From: an uncultured Bacteroidales bacterium
Lineage (GTDB): Bacteria > Bacteroidota > Bacteroidia > Bacteroidales > UBA10428
Assembly: GCA_964618645.1 (NCBI GenBank)
Contig: CAZUBW010000011.1
Coordinates: 2,367 to 66,366 of the forward strand
DNA: 64,000 nucleotides
Direction: 5' to 3'
The number at the start of each line of letters is the position of its first letter. Within the stretch, counting starts at the first letter, position 1. The notes under the pieces are model-generated. The model was not told the origin of the DNA. It was given only the letters and a program-made list of their open reading frames with translations, and made no database searches. This document shows, piece by piece, positions 17,925-28,714 of the stretch. The position numbers and the translations under genes were made by a program.

Positions 17925-20624
17925 TCAATATTCAATTTTAATGATTGTTTTGCCTTTAAAAGGACTGATTAATACCGACTCAGTAACATTATCATAAACT
18001 CCTCCTGTAACATGTTTAGCGCTCTTACCTTCAGGATGAGGAATCCTGAGAATAACCTGTTCAGGCATCCGTTCGGATATACATTCAAAGGTTGCCTCTA
18101 TGAACCCCTGGTTAAGATATGAATTAACCAGAAGAGAAAGTGGGCCAAAATAGCTGTAGACATTCTTTAGTTCAATGGTTTTGCCATCTTCCATCCATTT
18201 ACGAGGAATTCCTGTAAGGAGTCTGAGAGACGATCCCTCTTCAAGATATAGCATCCACCTTGTAGCCATCAGAAACCATGCTTCCTCATGGGTTTTATGC
18301 ACACTTGCTTGGTAAAGGTGTTCCCAGAAGGTGTACGTTTCACGGTCAGCCAGCGATGATAGTGAACTATAATATGTTTTCAGAAAGGGCTTTACCAGGT
18401 TCATTTTCAGCTGAACCCAATCGTGGCGACTGTAATAGGGTTGACTGAAAGCGGTATTTCGCTGATACAGTAGTTCGCTGTGATAATTCAGCAGCATTTT
18501 TGACAGGGGTTCATTAATGTCCAATACTTCACAGAAAATAAGGTGTAATGGACCTAGTAACGCATCAGGAATAGTGAATGTGCCATGTGACATATAGGTC
18601 TCATCAGTGAAGTAAAGCATACGTGGTGCTTGCGATTCTGTCCATGGAGGAAGTGTGGGGCTCCATGTACCATCACCCATTGGAATTACCGGTGAATGTG
18701 ATATTGAATACATGATGGAGGCGCGGATATCCTTTTTCCAGTTTTCAGCCTCAAGCCTTAATTTGGATGAATTTTCACTATCGATGTCATTCAGTATTTC
18801 TGCCATACGGCTCATACCCAGGTATGCGTATGCGTTTAGCATATACTGGTGATAAGGATCTTCGGGATCAGCAACTTTACCATCAATCATGCCAAAGCCT
18901 TTTCCGCGCAGGTTTTCTGTTTTGTTGTGTTCACGCCAGTTTCTAAGGTATTCACATGATTTAAGCAACTTAGGCTTCATCTGAATTATCCATGCTGTAT
19001 CGCGAGTATAACGGAAGTATTCACCTATACCCCATAGTACGGCTCCGGTTTCGACCATGTATCCGCCAAAATTCTGAATCAGACCATCATCGTGTTGCTT
19101 GTCAAGAAAGTACATCAGGGATCTTTTTGCCATTTCATGAAGACTCATGGAGCAATAGAACTGAATAATCGGAGCGCTCTCTGTACCTATGGGTGAATAT
19201 ATTCCTATGCAAGGAGCTAGGGTACCCATTGGCTCAATTCCATAGGTAATCAAATCGAGATGATTCAGACCGGCCTGTATCATTTCTTCGATTCGTTTTT
19301 CCGGCAATTTGATAAGGGCCGCCTGGGATAGTTTGTTTAGCCAGAATGCTTTGCATTCTGCCAGTTTTCTGGTGAAAGATTGTTGTGAAATGATCGTGGC
19401 TCTTTCCATGGAAACAGGTTTGTGCGGAAGTCGGAATTCAAAAATCGCCGTTTCATTCGGTTTTAGTAAAACTGCAATCTCTTCATTCGGCAAAGGGGCT
19501 CCATTCAGCTTTGATAAGGCAAACACACGATTTGGTGAATAGCAGGAGTAACCATTCTCCTTGGTGTATATATAGGGAAATTTTTCCCACCAGCCGGAAC
19601 CCGGGCGGAGTGTTCTGAACCATGCATACCTGGGCACTTTAGACAGGTTTGTTGCTTCTGATCTGAAGTACAAAACGGTTTCTTCAGTTTTTTTGGATTC
19701 AGTTAAAAGTAGGGGATTTAACAGGTTTTCTTGTTCCGGGGTGAACATATGACCACTGCTGAAAAAGTCGGCTACCAGAAAGTCTGTTCCTTTTAAGGTT
19801 TCAGTGTTAAGGGGGGAGAATTCGTTGGTGACAAAGGCTATATTGTGATATTTGATGTCCTCATCAATAATTTCGGTATGTACAACAGGTAACACTCCTT
19901 CATCCAGACGTCGCTTAACACGCTGTTCAACACCCTGCCCGCGACCTGTCATGTAGCAATATTCTACGCTGGTATTGTTTGTTTCTGCTAAATATACGGA
20001 ATTTGCAGCCAGTTTGGGGCTGATGATATCCATTTCTCCTTCCGGAACGCCCAGCTCAAAGATTCGGATATCACGACTTATTCCCAGCCATACCGGGCAT
20101 TTTTGATTTCTTGTATGCTTCGCAGCCGACTCAAATGATTCTTCAGGCTCATCATCAATCTGTTGCAGCTTTGTTTTTAGATTACGGTTACGTATTTCAT
20201 TTGCCACCTGCTCAAAGGAACGATCATCATGATCACAACATACCATTACCTGGTATTCAGGCATAAAGATGGGGTAATCGAAGGAAACATCCCGAAGAAA
20301 AAAAGAAAAGGACTGATTGCCGTTAATAACCGAAATCAACGTTGGGTTGCTCCCCGAATTATTCACCGATTGCTTAATTGTTATTTTTAATGTGTTTGAC
20401 TGGCTTGTGGTATAATAATAATACTGGTTGCTGGCTTTTCCTTTACCCTTGATGATAGCTATATTTTCAAGCTTGCCATTCAGTACTTCTATACGGCCTT
20501 GAGGTTTAGTGTTTTGCCATTTCACAATCACCTTGAAGGTATCCTGGTGAGTTTGAGAATTGGCATCTGCAACTACTGAAATAGACAGAAAACATAATGA
20601 CCAGAGAAATATTAATGCTTTCAT
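17925..20624 (-). CDS. Large secreted hypothetical protein, candidate novel glycan-active enzyme
   Basis: 899 aa with a signal peptide (MKALIFLWSLCFLSISVVADA). No family motif I can name. The C-terminal two-thirds are helix-rich (DGLIQNFGGYMVETGAVLWGIGEYFRYTRDTAW..YHQYMLNAYAYLGMSRMAEIL), suggestive of an alpha/alpha-toroid. It is the last large gene of a SusC/SusD operon. Confidence 0.6.
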   Translation of the reverse strand: MKALIFLWSLCFLSISVVADANSQTHQDTFKVIVKWQNTKPQGRIEVLNGKLENIAIIKGKGKASNQYYYYTTSQSNTLKITIKQSVNNSGSNPTLISVINGNQSFSFFLRDVSFDYPIFMPEYQVMVCCDHDDRSFEQVANEIRNRNLKTKLQQIDDEPEESFESAAKHTRNQKCPVWLGISRDIRIFELGVPEGEMDIISPKLAANSVYLAETNNTSVEYCYMTGRGQGVEQRVKRRLDEGVLPVVHTEIIDEDIKYHNIAFVTNEFSPLNTETLKGTDFLVADFFSSGHMFTPEQENLLNPLLLTESKKTEETVLYFRSEATNLSKVPRYAWFRTLRPGSGWWEKFPYIYTKENGYSCYSPNRVFALSKLNGAPLPNEEIAVLLKPNETAIFEFRLPHKPVSMERATIISQQSFTRKLAECKAFWLNKLSQAALIKLPEKRIEEMIQAGLNHLDLITYGIEPMGTLAPCIGIYSPIGTESAPIIQFYCSMSLHEMAKRSLMYFLDKQHDDGLIQNFGGYMVETGAVLWGIGEYFRYTRDTAWIIQMKPKLLKSCEYLRNWREHNKTENLRGKGFGMIDGKVADPEDPYHQYMLNAYAYLGMSRMAEILNDIDSENSSKLRLEAENWKKDIRASIMYSISHSPVIPMGDGTWSPTLPPWTESQAPRMLYFTDETYMSHGTFTIPDALLGPLHLIFCEVLDINEPLSKMLLNYHSELLYQRNTAFSQPYYSRHDWVQLKMNLVKPFLKTYYSSLSSLADRETYTFWEHLYQASVHKTHEEAWFLMATRWMLYLEEGSSLRLLTGIPRKWMEDGKTIELKNVYSYFGPLSLLVNSYLNQGFIEATFECISERMPEQVILRIPHPEGKSAKHVTGGVYDNVTESVLISPFKGKTIIKIEY

Positions 20625-20697
20625 CAGAACAGGTTATAATTAATAATAGCTTTTTTCACGCATAAAACAGCTATTTTAAGGTATCGTGTTGGTGCTA

Positions 20698-23337
20698 TTA
20701 GAAGTAGGTGATACATACTGAACTAACCTTAGGTAAGGAAAGAGTGAAATCTGCATAAGTGGAGTTTTCTATTTTTGAAATACTAAAGGAAACAAGCTGG
20801 TTATTGACTGTAATTGATTTGACCTGGCCGTATCCCTCTGGAAGTAAAACATGGCTTTCGATTTTGTTTCCGCTTCCAGTTATGGTGTAAAGTATTTTTT
20901 TGTTTTGCATGTCATGTTGGTAATGATATGCAAGATAGCCTTTTGAAGCAGCAAAGTGAACGGTGACTTTTACCGAATCAATTCCGGCCGCTGTCCATCG
21001 TGGAGCAAACCTAACTGTGTCAAATGCAAGCCCCAGGTTTTTCACACCTGCCAGCCCCTCAACCAGAGCAGCCAAAGCAGTCGCTGCAGACCAGTTATCA
21101 GGCCCTCCATAGGACTCCACAGAGGGCTTTACATAATGTAAACGGTTGGAAAGAGTAATCCCAAGAACTGCGTAAATGCCTCCTTCCCGGGGTGCATGAA
21201 AGGTTAATGAAGCAATTTTATATTCGGGATGTGGGTTGTTAATGGCAGCCCAGCAAACACCTACTTTGGTGCTGCATAAGTTTGGCCCCCACCAAGCCAC
21301 TCCGGCATGCTCGTTTTCCATGGTTGGGAACCACCAATTGGTAACTTCTTTGTCTTTCAGTATATGTTTTGATACCTTTATTCCATTGTTGTAATTAAAT
21401 GTTATGGTACCTGCAACATTACTAGGGACATTATCGGATGATGAGTGCAGCAAATAAATAGTTGATGCGGTATCGTTCACTAACACTTCAGTATTTTCCG
21501 GAAATCCAGTCAACGTTGATACGCCAATTGCCGCTTTATGTTGGTTTGAAATGGGATCAATAACAGCAAAGGGTATATTTTGAAAAACCTGATTCCCGGT
21601 TGGCAGACCCCGCATATCATTACCAGGCCTGGAAGTATTCATCCATGGTATGGTATTTTTGCTTCCCTGATCCCACAAATCCATGTTTACGAATGCAGCA
21701 ATATTTAGAGATTTGTAAACGGGTGGAACTGGTGGTGCAGGAATTGAGCCTGTGTAAGCAAACCATACCCTATTACCATTTTCTTTCCCAAGGGTGAAGA
21801 GCTTGTTCAGAATCTCATTACCGTATTTTTCATATCCATTCTCAAATGCACCTCTTGCAAGTTCTCCAGCTGCATGACCCGCAACTCCGCCATTCATATA
21901 TTGCCATTTGGTATTATGCCCGCCGAATCCTTTTTCAAAAGGAGGGTAGATAGCATACCATTCTCCGGGTGAGCCTTCAGGCAGATGTTGTTTCAGATTG
22001 AGATAGGTTTTAATAATTGCTACGTTTTTCTCATGGGGTAGACCACGGTTTATTGAATACATATTGCCTTGGGCTATCTGGGACTCTTCATCTACTCCCA
22101 GGTTTCTTACAACTGCAGGGTCTTCGTCAATGAAGTGTTTGAAAAAACTTCCGTTCCAGGATAAGGCTGTAAGTTTTTCCATTATTGCATTGGCCCTGTT
22201 TTGATAAATTGACGCTTGCCGGCTTTGTCCGGCATATGCAAACATTTCAGCCAATTGGTTACAGGCTTCAAAGTATCCTGTATTGTCGCCAAAAAATATT
22301 CCAAACTTTGTTTTCCCGGGTACAATTACCATGGTGGGACTTATTGGAGAATATGGGGTGTACTCATCATCAACCTGAAAATCCCAGGAATCAATACAAT
22401 ATGGTCTTTTAAGCAGGTTAAAGCGTTTTGACCATCGAACGGAATCGGTTATGCAATAATCAAGAGCAAGCGCAGCACTTAACAGGTTTCCTTTCATCCA
22501 ATCACTATCGCCACTCGCTTTCCAATGTTGATAGATCATGTTCACATAGTTATACTCCACATGGTTTTCCACTGGCTGCCTAACAAACCATGCGTCCTTA
22601 TCCTTTTTAAAGTAGTTGATGGGTGCATAAGCTGTATTGTAGTAATGCGAGGCATCATCTCCGTTATTAACAAAACTCCAGATCATGCCATTGGGTTGCT
22701 GGTTTTCTTTCAACAGGTCAACTAAATCCCTACTATAAGGACTGAAATATTGCATTCCTTTCATGGTATTGCTATTGTCCAGCACCCATTCAACAAAATA
22801 GCGGTAGGTTCTTCCATTCCAGGTAATTTCAGATGTTCCATCGGCATCATATACAAACATACCATCGCGAAATAGGTGGAAGATATCACTGATCTTACCT
22901 CCGTCATCAATAGAGGTCTCCGCAATTACGCTGAATACAGTTTGGTCAACGATTCTGCCTTTCTTGTCTGAAAGGGTCACGGTGTGCACTCCTGTAGCAC
23001 CCTGCACTTTTACTTTTACCACATCGGATGCCCATAGCCGGATATAGGATCTGCCGCGGGAATCTTTAATTGTTAGGAGACCCGAAGGGTTACAGTATAT
23101 GGAAATGTCATCAAGAGGCTTAACCTGCTCAGGTGTTTGCAAGATTTTTATGCATGATGAATGTTGAGGAGATGCATTTAGCGAGGTAAACGCAAATAGT
23201 ATTATGCTTATCAAATGAAGAAGCGAAGAGTTGTATTTTTCTGAGGGTAATTTTATGAAAATCATAGCTAAGTATATTCTGTTTTGTTCGCATGAATAAT
23301 TAGATAACCGGATCGAAGACTTTCTGTTTTCGGACAT
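20698..23337 (-). CDS. Large secreted hypothetical protein, six-hairpin-glycosidase-like
   Basis: 879-aa ORF. The likely real start is the internal Met at 23265 (MIFIKLPSEKYNSSLLHLISIILFAFTSLNA). The central region has toroid-like motifs (RPYCIDSWDFQ; WQYMNGGVAGHAAGELARGAFENGYEKYG). Family not identified. Directly downstream of SusD. Confidence 0.6.
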   Translation of the reverse strand: MSENRKSSIRLSNYSCEQNRIYLAMIFIKLPSEKYNSSLLHLISIILFAFTSLNASPQHSSCIKILQTPEQVKPLDDISIYCNPSGLLTIKDSRGRSYIRLWASDVVKVKVQGATGVHTVTLSDKKGRIVDQTVFSVIAETSIDDGGKISDIFHLFRDGMFVYDADGTSEITWNGRTYRYFVEWVLDNSNTMKGMQYFSPYSRDLVDLLKENQQPNGMIWSFVNNGDDASHYYNTAYAPINYFKKDKDAWFVRQPVENHVEYNYVNMIYQHWKASGDSDWMKGNLLSAALALDYCITDSVRWSKRFNLLKRPYCIDSWDFQVDDEYTPYSPISPTMVIVPGKTKFGIFFGDNTGYFEACNQLAEMFAYAGQSRQASIYQNRANAIMEKLTALSWNGSFFKHFIDEDPAVVRNLGVDEESQIAQGNMYSINRGLPHEKNVAIIKTYLNLKQHLPEGSPGEWYAIYPPFEKGFGGHNTKWQYMNGGVAGHAAGELARGAFENGYEKYGNEILNKLFTLGKENGNRVWFAYTGSIPAPPVPPVYKSLNIAAFVNMDLWDQGSKNTIPWMNTSRPGNDMRGLPTGNQVFQNIPFAVIDPISNQHKAAIGVSTLTGFPENTEVLVNDTASTIYLLHSSSDNVPSNVAGTITFNYNNGIKVSKHILKDKEVTNWWFPTMENEHAGVAWWGPNLCSTKVGVCWAAINNPHPEYKIASLTFHAPREGGIYAVLGITLSNRLHYVKPSVESYGGPDNWSAATALAALVEGLAGVKNLGLAFDTVRFAPRWTAAGIDSVKVTVHFAASKGYLAYHYQHDMQNKKILYTITGSGNKIESHVLLPEGYGQVKSITVNNQLVSFSISKIENSTYADFTLSLPKVSSVCITYF

Positions 23338-23429
23338 TTTTTCAATGAGGTTTTTCTTAAAGGAGTATCAAGGTCCAGGTGCATTTGCCCCTGGACCTAT
23401 TTCACAGTCCCTAACTAACAACTAAAAAG

Positions 23430-25055
23430 CTAATAGCCGCTATTTTGTCCGCTGGAAGCCATAAGTGGGTTTCGTTCGAGTTCAGAAACTGGTATGGGGA
23501 AAAGCAGATGTTTTGGTAACTCAATACCGAAAAGGTTTGGGTTGTATTCACCTGGAAATCCAAAATCCGCTGCAGTCCACTCATTTAGATTGATGTATCC
23601 GGCTGAATGCCATCTGCGTAAATCGGTCCAGCGATGTCCATCTTCTCCTGCCAGCTCAATAAACCGCTCGTTCATAATGTCATTCATTGTAATGGCAACA
23701 AGCGCAGCTGGCGCTAGTGCTTCGGTGCCGTCAGAAGTGGAGAATCGGGCTCTTTCGCGGATATCATTCACCTGAGTTATTGCTTCACTGGCTTTTCCGG
23801 TAGCCAGATAGGCTTCTGCCACAGCCAGTTTTACATCAGCCAATCTGATCAGTCTGGTGTTATTGGCGCTGGAAATGGGCCATGTGGCGTCGAAATAATT
23901 GCCTCTTTCACCGTTAACATATTTGACCATTTGATATCCATGGAAAAAAGCCCATTGTGGTTCAACCCACCATAAAGCACCTCCCAAATTCTCGGCGCTG
24001 TCAGAGAGCGTTTCAGCCATTCGGGGATCACCAGGGTCAAATGCATCAATGAGTTTTTGTGTTGGCCCAATAATCCCTGAAGAATAGTTACCCCAATGAC
24101 TGTTATAGTAATGATAAAAAGCTCCCATCTGACCAACATCACCCCCAAAATCGTTGTCAAGCCATGGATTGTCAGAACTAGGAGCCAGACTTGCCTGAAA
24201 TTCAAACAGCGACTCTGCATTGTTTTCTGTTCGGTAATCGAAATTCTCACCGAATTTGACCAATTGACGACTGTGTGAGATTTTTTCAAAGGCATTGATT
24301 GCATTTGCGTAATCTTCCTGGTTTTTCCCATTATAACAAGCCCTGAGCACATAACATTTTACCAGCAAGCCATATGCACCGTCCTTGGTAATGCGACCAA
24401 GATTGGCGTCATCCCATGAAGCCGGTAATAGTTCTGCAGCTTCTTCGAGTGAGGATATAGCATCATCAAGCATTTCAAAGCCCGACGATGGTTGAAGGAT
24501 TGCTTCCTCAATAGATTTTATCCGCCCAGTTTGAATTGGTGCTTTCCGATACCAATCCCATAACTTGTAATAGCACCATGAACGCAGGAACAGCATTTCA
24601 CCCCTATTAGCGTCTTTCAGACCATCGGTGGTGTATACAGCAGTTATTTCAGGTACCTCAATTTTTTCGAGCATGAAGTTGCACCTGCTGACAATGGCAT
24701 ATAACCTTTTCCACATTCCCTCAACTCTTGCGTCGGAGCCATTTAGTCCTGAGAAGGTTTCAAGCGGATTTCCTGTTCCGTTAAATGTCTGGTCATCAGC
24801 AGGTAATAGCCAAAATGGATGTTGTGTGCTACTGCCCAGTTGTGCCCCATATATATTGGTAATAGCCGCATATGCTGCGCCAATTCCCCTTTGCACTCTT
24901 TCTTCGGTTTCAAAATATACCGATTCAAGTTCGCTGGTGGGCTTTATATCCAGGTTTTTTTCACATGAGTTGAGCATTATTAAACCTGAGATTAATATTG
25001 TGCCAGCTATCAAGTATTCTCTTTTCATCATCGTAATCATTTTAAAGTTACCCAT
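23430..25055 (-). CDS. SusD/RagB-family nutrient-binding lipoprotein
   Basis: 541-aa ORF. Its ATG shares one base with the SusC stop (TAATG); internal Mets (MITMMKREY) are alternative starts. Lipobox LIMLNSC. SusD motifs (EMLFLRSWCYYKLWDWY; TRLIRLADVKLAVAEAYL; MNERFIELAGEDGHRWTDLRRW). Confidence 0.95.
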   Translation of the reverse strand: MGNFKMITMMKREYLIAGTILISGLIMLNSCEKNLDIKPTSELESVYFETEERVQRGIGAAYAAITNIYGAQLGSSTQHPFWLLPADDQTFNGTGNPLETFSGLNGSDARVEGMWKRLYAIVSRCNFMLEKIEVPEITAVYTTDGLKDANRGEMLFLRSWCYYKLWDWYRKAPIQTGRIKSIEEAILQPSSGFEMLDDAISSLEEAAELLPASWDDANLGRITKDGAYGLLVKCYVLRACYNGKNQEDYANAINAFEKISHSRQLVKFGENFDYRTENNAESLFEFQASLAPSSDNPWLDNDFGGDVGQMGAFYHYYNSHWGNYSSGIIGPTQKLIDAFDPGDPRMAETLSDSAENLGGALWWVEPQWAFFHGYQMVKYVNGERGNYFDATWPISSANNTRLIRLADVKLAVAEAYLATGKASEAITQVNDIRERARFSTSDGTEALAPAALVAITMNDIMNERFIELAGEDGHRWTDLRRWHSAGYINLNEWTAADFGFPGEYNPNLFGIELPKHLLFPIPVSELERNPLMASSGQNSGY

Positions 25056-28000
25056 TAGAATCGAACTGATAAACCCATGAAAAATACCTTTGGCGTTGGG
25101 TATTTGTCGTTTTCCGGATCCAGTCCTGAATAATTTGTTATGGTAAATAAGTTGGAGGCGCCTGCATAAATCCTAAGATTGCTAATGCTATTGCCTGCCA
25201 GTCCGTATGCTTTCTCTGGCAGTGTATAGCCAATCTGTAAATTAGCCAACCTTATGTATCCTGCATTTTCAACAAACCGGCTGGAATTTCTGAAGTTGCC
25301 TGCCGGGTCACCGCCTATCACGCGAGGTGTTGAAGAAGATATATTGGTAGGTGTCCACGAATCGAGCACTTTAGTTGAAACGTTGTTACCTGTTCCGGAT
25401 GAGTATTCAAGATTTGCAGCAACATCGTTGTATTTCTGTACATCGCCAACCCCTGTGAACTGAACCCCAATATCAATCCCTTTCCATTCTGCGTTTAGGT
25501 TGATTCCATAGTAGAATCCTGGTATGGTTTTTCCAAGGTATACAAGGTCATAGGAATCGATAATCGAATCAGGTGTTGTGGAGTAGAACTCATTTGGAGA
25601 GGACGGTGCACTCCTTAAATCCTGAAAATAAATGTCGCCGGGCGCAACTTTTGCAGTCTGGTAATTGGCATCAGTGTATTTTGAATTCCAGTCATCAACT
25701 TCCTGTTGGCTTTGGAATATGCCTCCCACTTTATATCCTTTGATATAGTTCATGCTGTAACCTTCTTCGATATTGTAGAGCGGAATATCCTTATAGGTTT
25801 TTTCAACTGTGTTTTTTACAGTAGTGAAATTTCCCCCAATGTTGATTCTGACGTTGCCAATGTTCTGTGCATAATTCAACGAGACTTCGATACCGGTATT
25901 CCGCACTTCGGCAATGTTTGAAACTGGTTGTTCAGTGACGCCAACACTGTTTGGCAAAGATACCTCCTGTAATATACCGCTGGTAAATTTGTTATAATAC
26001 TCCAATGATAAATTCAGATTACTGAAAAGCAAAGCGTCAAAGCCTACATTGGTGGTAGCGGTTTTTTCCCATTGTAACTCTGGATTAGCAAGTGCAAAAA
26101 CGGTGGCTGATGTGCTGAAATTACCCCGGCCTATATAGGAAGGATTAATTCCCCATGCATAGCTTGGATTGGTTGATATGGCTGAAAGGTAGGCAAGGTC
26201 TCTGACTTCCTGGTTGCCTAATTGCCCCCAGCCTGCGCGTATTTTTAAGTCAGTGAGCCATGCATATTTTTGCATAAAAAATTCGTCTGAAATACGCCAT
26301 GCAACAGATACTGCCGGGAATATTCCCCAACGATTGTTCGGGGCAAACCGGGCACTGCCATCACGTCTGACAGTTGCATCAAGGTAGTATTTCGATTTAT
26401 AGTTATACCCAATCCTGGCTAACTGTCCTTCCAATGCATGACGGCTATTGTCTGAACCAAGATTGGTATATTCATTTTCACCTCCCAGTTTACGCAGGTA
26501 GCTCAAGGTAGTTGTCATATATTCCGTACTCATTCCTATGTATTTGCTATTGTACTGCTGATCCATTCCATTAAGCAGTAAATCAAAATGATGGTCTCCA
26601 AAAGATTTGACATAGTTAATGGTAAGTTCAGCAATCAGATTATTATTAAATACCTGACGCTCAGAATATGAACCTACCGAATTTCCGCCACCCTTCGAGG
26701 TGGGATCACCTGCAGTATAGTCGAATACTGATGCTGCGTAATGTTGAAATTCATTTCTGTAATGGGTGTAAACATCCATACTGAATTGTCCCTTGATTTT
26801 TAGGGTTTTTACAGGCTCAATTTCAATATAGGCGGTTCCCATGTTGCGGACCGATTTAAATTCAGTATCGTTCTGGTCTAACATTCCGAGAACATTAACC
26901 CGCGTTCCGGTTCCATACAATTGCCGGTTGTTGTATGTGCCATTGGGCTCAAAACCAGTAACTACAGCGGCATAGCCACCAAGTCCTTCGTTGTCATATA
27001 TTGGCTGCCATGGCGCTGTTTGTGCAGCTTGCCAGAATGTAACCAGAAAATCATTATCGCGTCCTTTTGCTGAAGTTAGGCGATAATTCAGCCCCATTTT
27101 CAACCATTTGTTTGCCTGTGTATTGATTTTTATCGATCCGGAATATCTCTCCAGTTTGTTATATTTAAGAGCACCTTCGGTTTGGGAATAGCTGGCAGAG
27201 ACAAAGTAATCTGTTTTGGCCGTTCCTCCAGACATACGTAGGGAGTAATCCTGTGTAGGTGCGTTTTTATTCTTAATGGCTTTCTGCCAATCATATGTTG
27301 GGGCGTTACCGAGATATCTGGCATCATTTGGATCAAACAATCCTTCATTAATAGGATCTACGGCTATTGTCGGATCTGATGCATACACATTCTGAACATG
27401 TTGAACATATTGAGTAGTATTCATTACGTCTATTTTCTGTGTTAGATTCTGAATGCCAAACCGGGTGCTGAATTCGACAGACGGTTTGTCTCCACGGCCT
27501 TTTTTGGTGGTGATAAGAATTACACCATTGGCTGCCCTTACACCATAAATAGCCGCTGATGAAGCGTCTTTTAGTACGGAAATGGATTCAATGTCATTCG
27601 GATCGATCATACTCATAATATTAAGTGGTCCCCTAACATCGGCTGCACGACCATCTTCAAGGCCCTCAATGCCTGAACCGAATTCGGTAACTGGTATGCC
27701 GTCTACCACATACAGCGGAGAGGAAACCCCCCATGTATTAACACCTCTTATTCGAATGGTAGGCCTGGACATTGGATTTCCACTGTTTCCCGATACCTGC
27801 ACACCGGTCATACGGCCCTGCATAGCCATTTCTGGAGACATTGAAATTTCCTTTTCAATAGCTTTGGCACCTACAGATGATATAGCAGTTGTTACATCGC
27901 GTTTAGTTCTGGAACCATAGCCAATAACAACAACTTCTTCTAGGCTTTTTATATCAGGAGTCAATCCAATATCGATTACAGTTCTTCCGGCAACTTCAAC

Positions 28001-28561
28001 CCGTTCACTGTTATATCCTATATAGGAAAACATAAGTACAGTTGATGCCGAAGAAACCTGTATGCTGTATTGCCCGTTGCCATCTGTAATGACACCTTGT
28101 TGAGTGCCTTCAATTAGAATATTCACTCCAGGCAACGGTTCACCGGTTGAGGCATCGGTAATTATTCCACTTACCCTGACTTGTTGTTTGTCAACTGAAG
28201 TATTTGTTAATACAATCAACCTATCAAGCACCTGGTAAGTAATGTCGCTATTTTTCAATGCATCTGAGAGCAATTCGGCAATGCTTCCATCTGTAACTGA
28301 TAAGTATACATTTTTATGTACATTAACCTGATCGGTTTTGTAAAATATCCTGAAATTACTCTGTGTCTCAATAGCCTGGATCAAATCCGAAATTGTTCCT
28401 GTCTGAAAATCCAGTTTTAAACTTGAATCCTGTGAATAACCAATTGCCTCGATTTGCATGGATATCAGGAAAAGAATAAGAGTGGTTAGTTTCATTATCA
28501 GTAGTAGTTTTTTTACGCAGTTTACATGAACGAAACTACGCTGGAATCGTTTTTTTGTCAT
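25055..28561 (-). CDS. SusC/RagA-family TonB-linked transporter with N-terminal STN signalling domain
   Basis: 1168 aa. LLLIMKLTTLILFL signal, STN domain (ISDLIQAIETQSNFRIFYKTD..LIVLTN), VSGIITDASTGEPLPGVNILIEGT, plug VLKDASSAAIYGVRAANGVILITTKKG, C-terminal FFMGLSVRF. Confidence 0.95.
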   Translation of the reverse strand: MTKKRFQRSFVHVNCVKKLLLIMKLTTLILFLISMQIEAIGYSQDSSLKLDFQTGTISDLIQAIETQSNFRIFYKTDQVNVHKNVYLSVTDGSIAELLSDALKNSDITYQVLDRLIVLTNTSVDKQQVRVSGIITDASTGEPLPGVNILIEGTQQGVITDGNGQYSIQVSSASTVLMFSYIGYNSERVEVAGRTVIDIGLTPDIKSLEEVVVIGYGSRTKRDVTTAISSVGAKAIEKEISMSPEMAMQGRMTGVQVSGNSGNPMSRPTIRIRGVNTWGVSSPLYVVDGIPVTEFGSGIEGLEDGRAADVRGPLNIMSMIDPNDIESISVLKDASSAAIYGVRAANGVILITTKKGRGDKPSVEFSTRFGIQNLTQKIDVMNTTQYVQHVQNVYASDPTIAVDPINEGLFDPNDARYLGNAPTYDWQKAIKNKNAPTQDYSLRMSGGTAKTDYFVSASYSQTEGALKYNKLERYSGSIKINTQANKWLKMGLNYRLTSAKGRDNDFLVTFWQAAQTAPWQPIYDNEGLGGYAAVVTGFEPNGTYNNRQLYGTGTRVNVLGMLDQNDTEFKSVRNMGTAYIEIEPVKTLKIKGQFSMDVYTHYRNEFQHYAASVFDYTAGDPTSKGGGNSVGSYSERQVFNNNLIAELTINYVKSFGDHHFDLLLNGMDQQYNSKYIGMSTEYMTTTLSYLRKLGGENEYTNLGSDNSRHALEGQLARIGYNYKSKYYLDATVRRDGSARFAPNNRWGIFPAVSVAWRISDEFFMQKYAWLTDLKIRAGWGQLGNQEVRDLAYLSAISTNPSYAWGINPSYIGRGNFSTSATVFALANPELQWEKTATTNVGFDALLFSNLNLSLEYYNKFTSGILQEVSLPNSVGVTEQPVSNIAEVRNTGIEVSLNYAQNIGNVRINIGGNFTTVKNTVEKTYKDIPLYNIEEGYSMNYIKGYKVGGIFQSQQEVDDWNSKYTDANYQTAKVAPGDIYFQDLRSAPSSPNEFYSTTPDSIIDSYDLVYLGKTIPGFYYGINLNAEWKGIDIGVQFTGVGDVQKYNDVAANLEYSSGTGNNVSTKVLDSWTPTNISSSTPRVIGGDPAGNFRNSSRFVENAGYIRLANLQIGYTLPEKAYGLAGNSISNLRIYAGASNLFTITNYSGLDPENDKYPTPKVFFMGLSVRF

Positions 28562-28714
28562 AAATTTGAATGGTTAAAGTTTGACATGGTTACAACTTTT
28601 TAGCGAAAGCTGTAACGTGTTTAATATTACTATGATCGGAAAGTGTTAGCGCATTTTCCGGTCTTTTTTGTTATTATTCTTATTCCATAGGCATAATAGT
28701 TTTAGTTTGTTTTT

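Noticed and set aside
23372-23399. Hairpin aggtccagg..cctggacct between SusD and the 879-aa gene, as a terminator
   Set aside because: No U-tract follows on the transcribed (minus) strand, and the downstream gene needs read-through. It is at most an intra-operon processing or attenuation stem, which I cannot support further.
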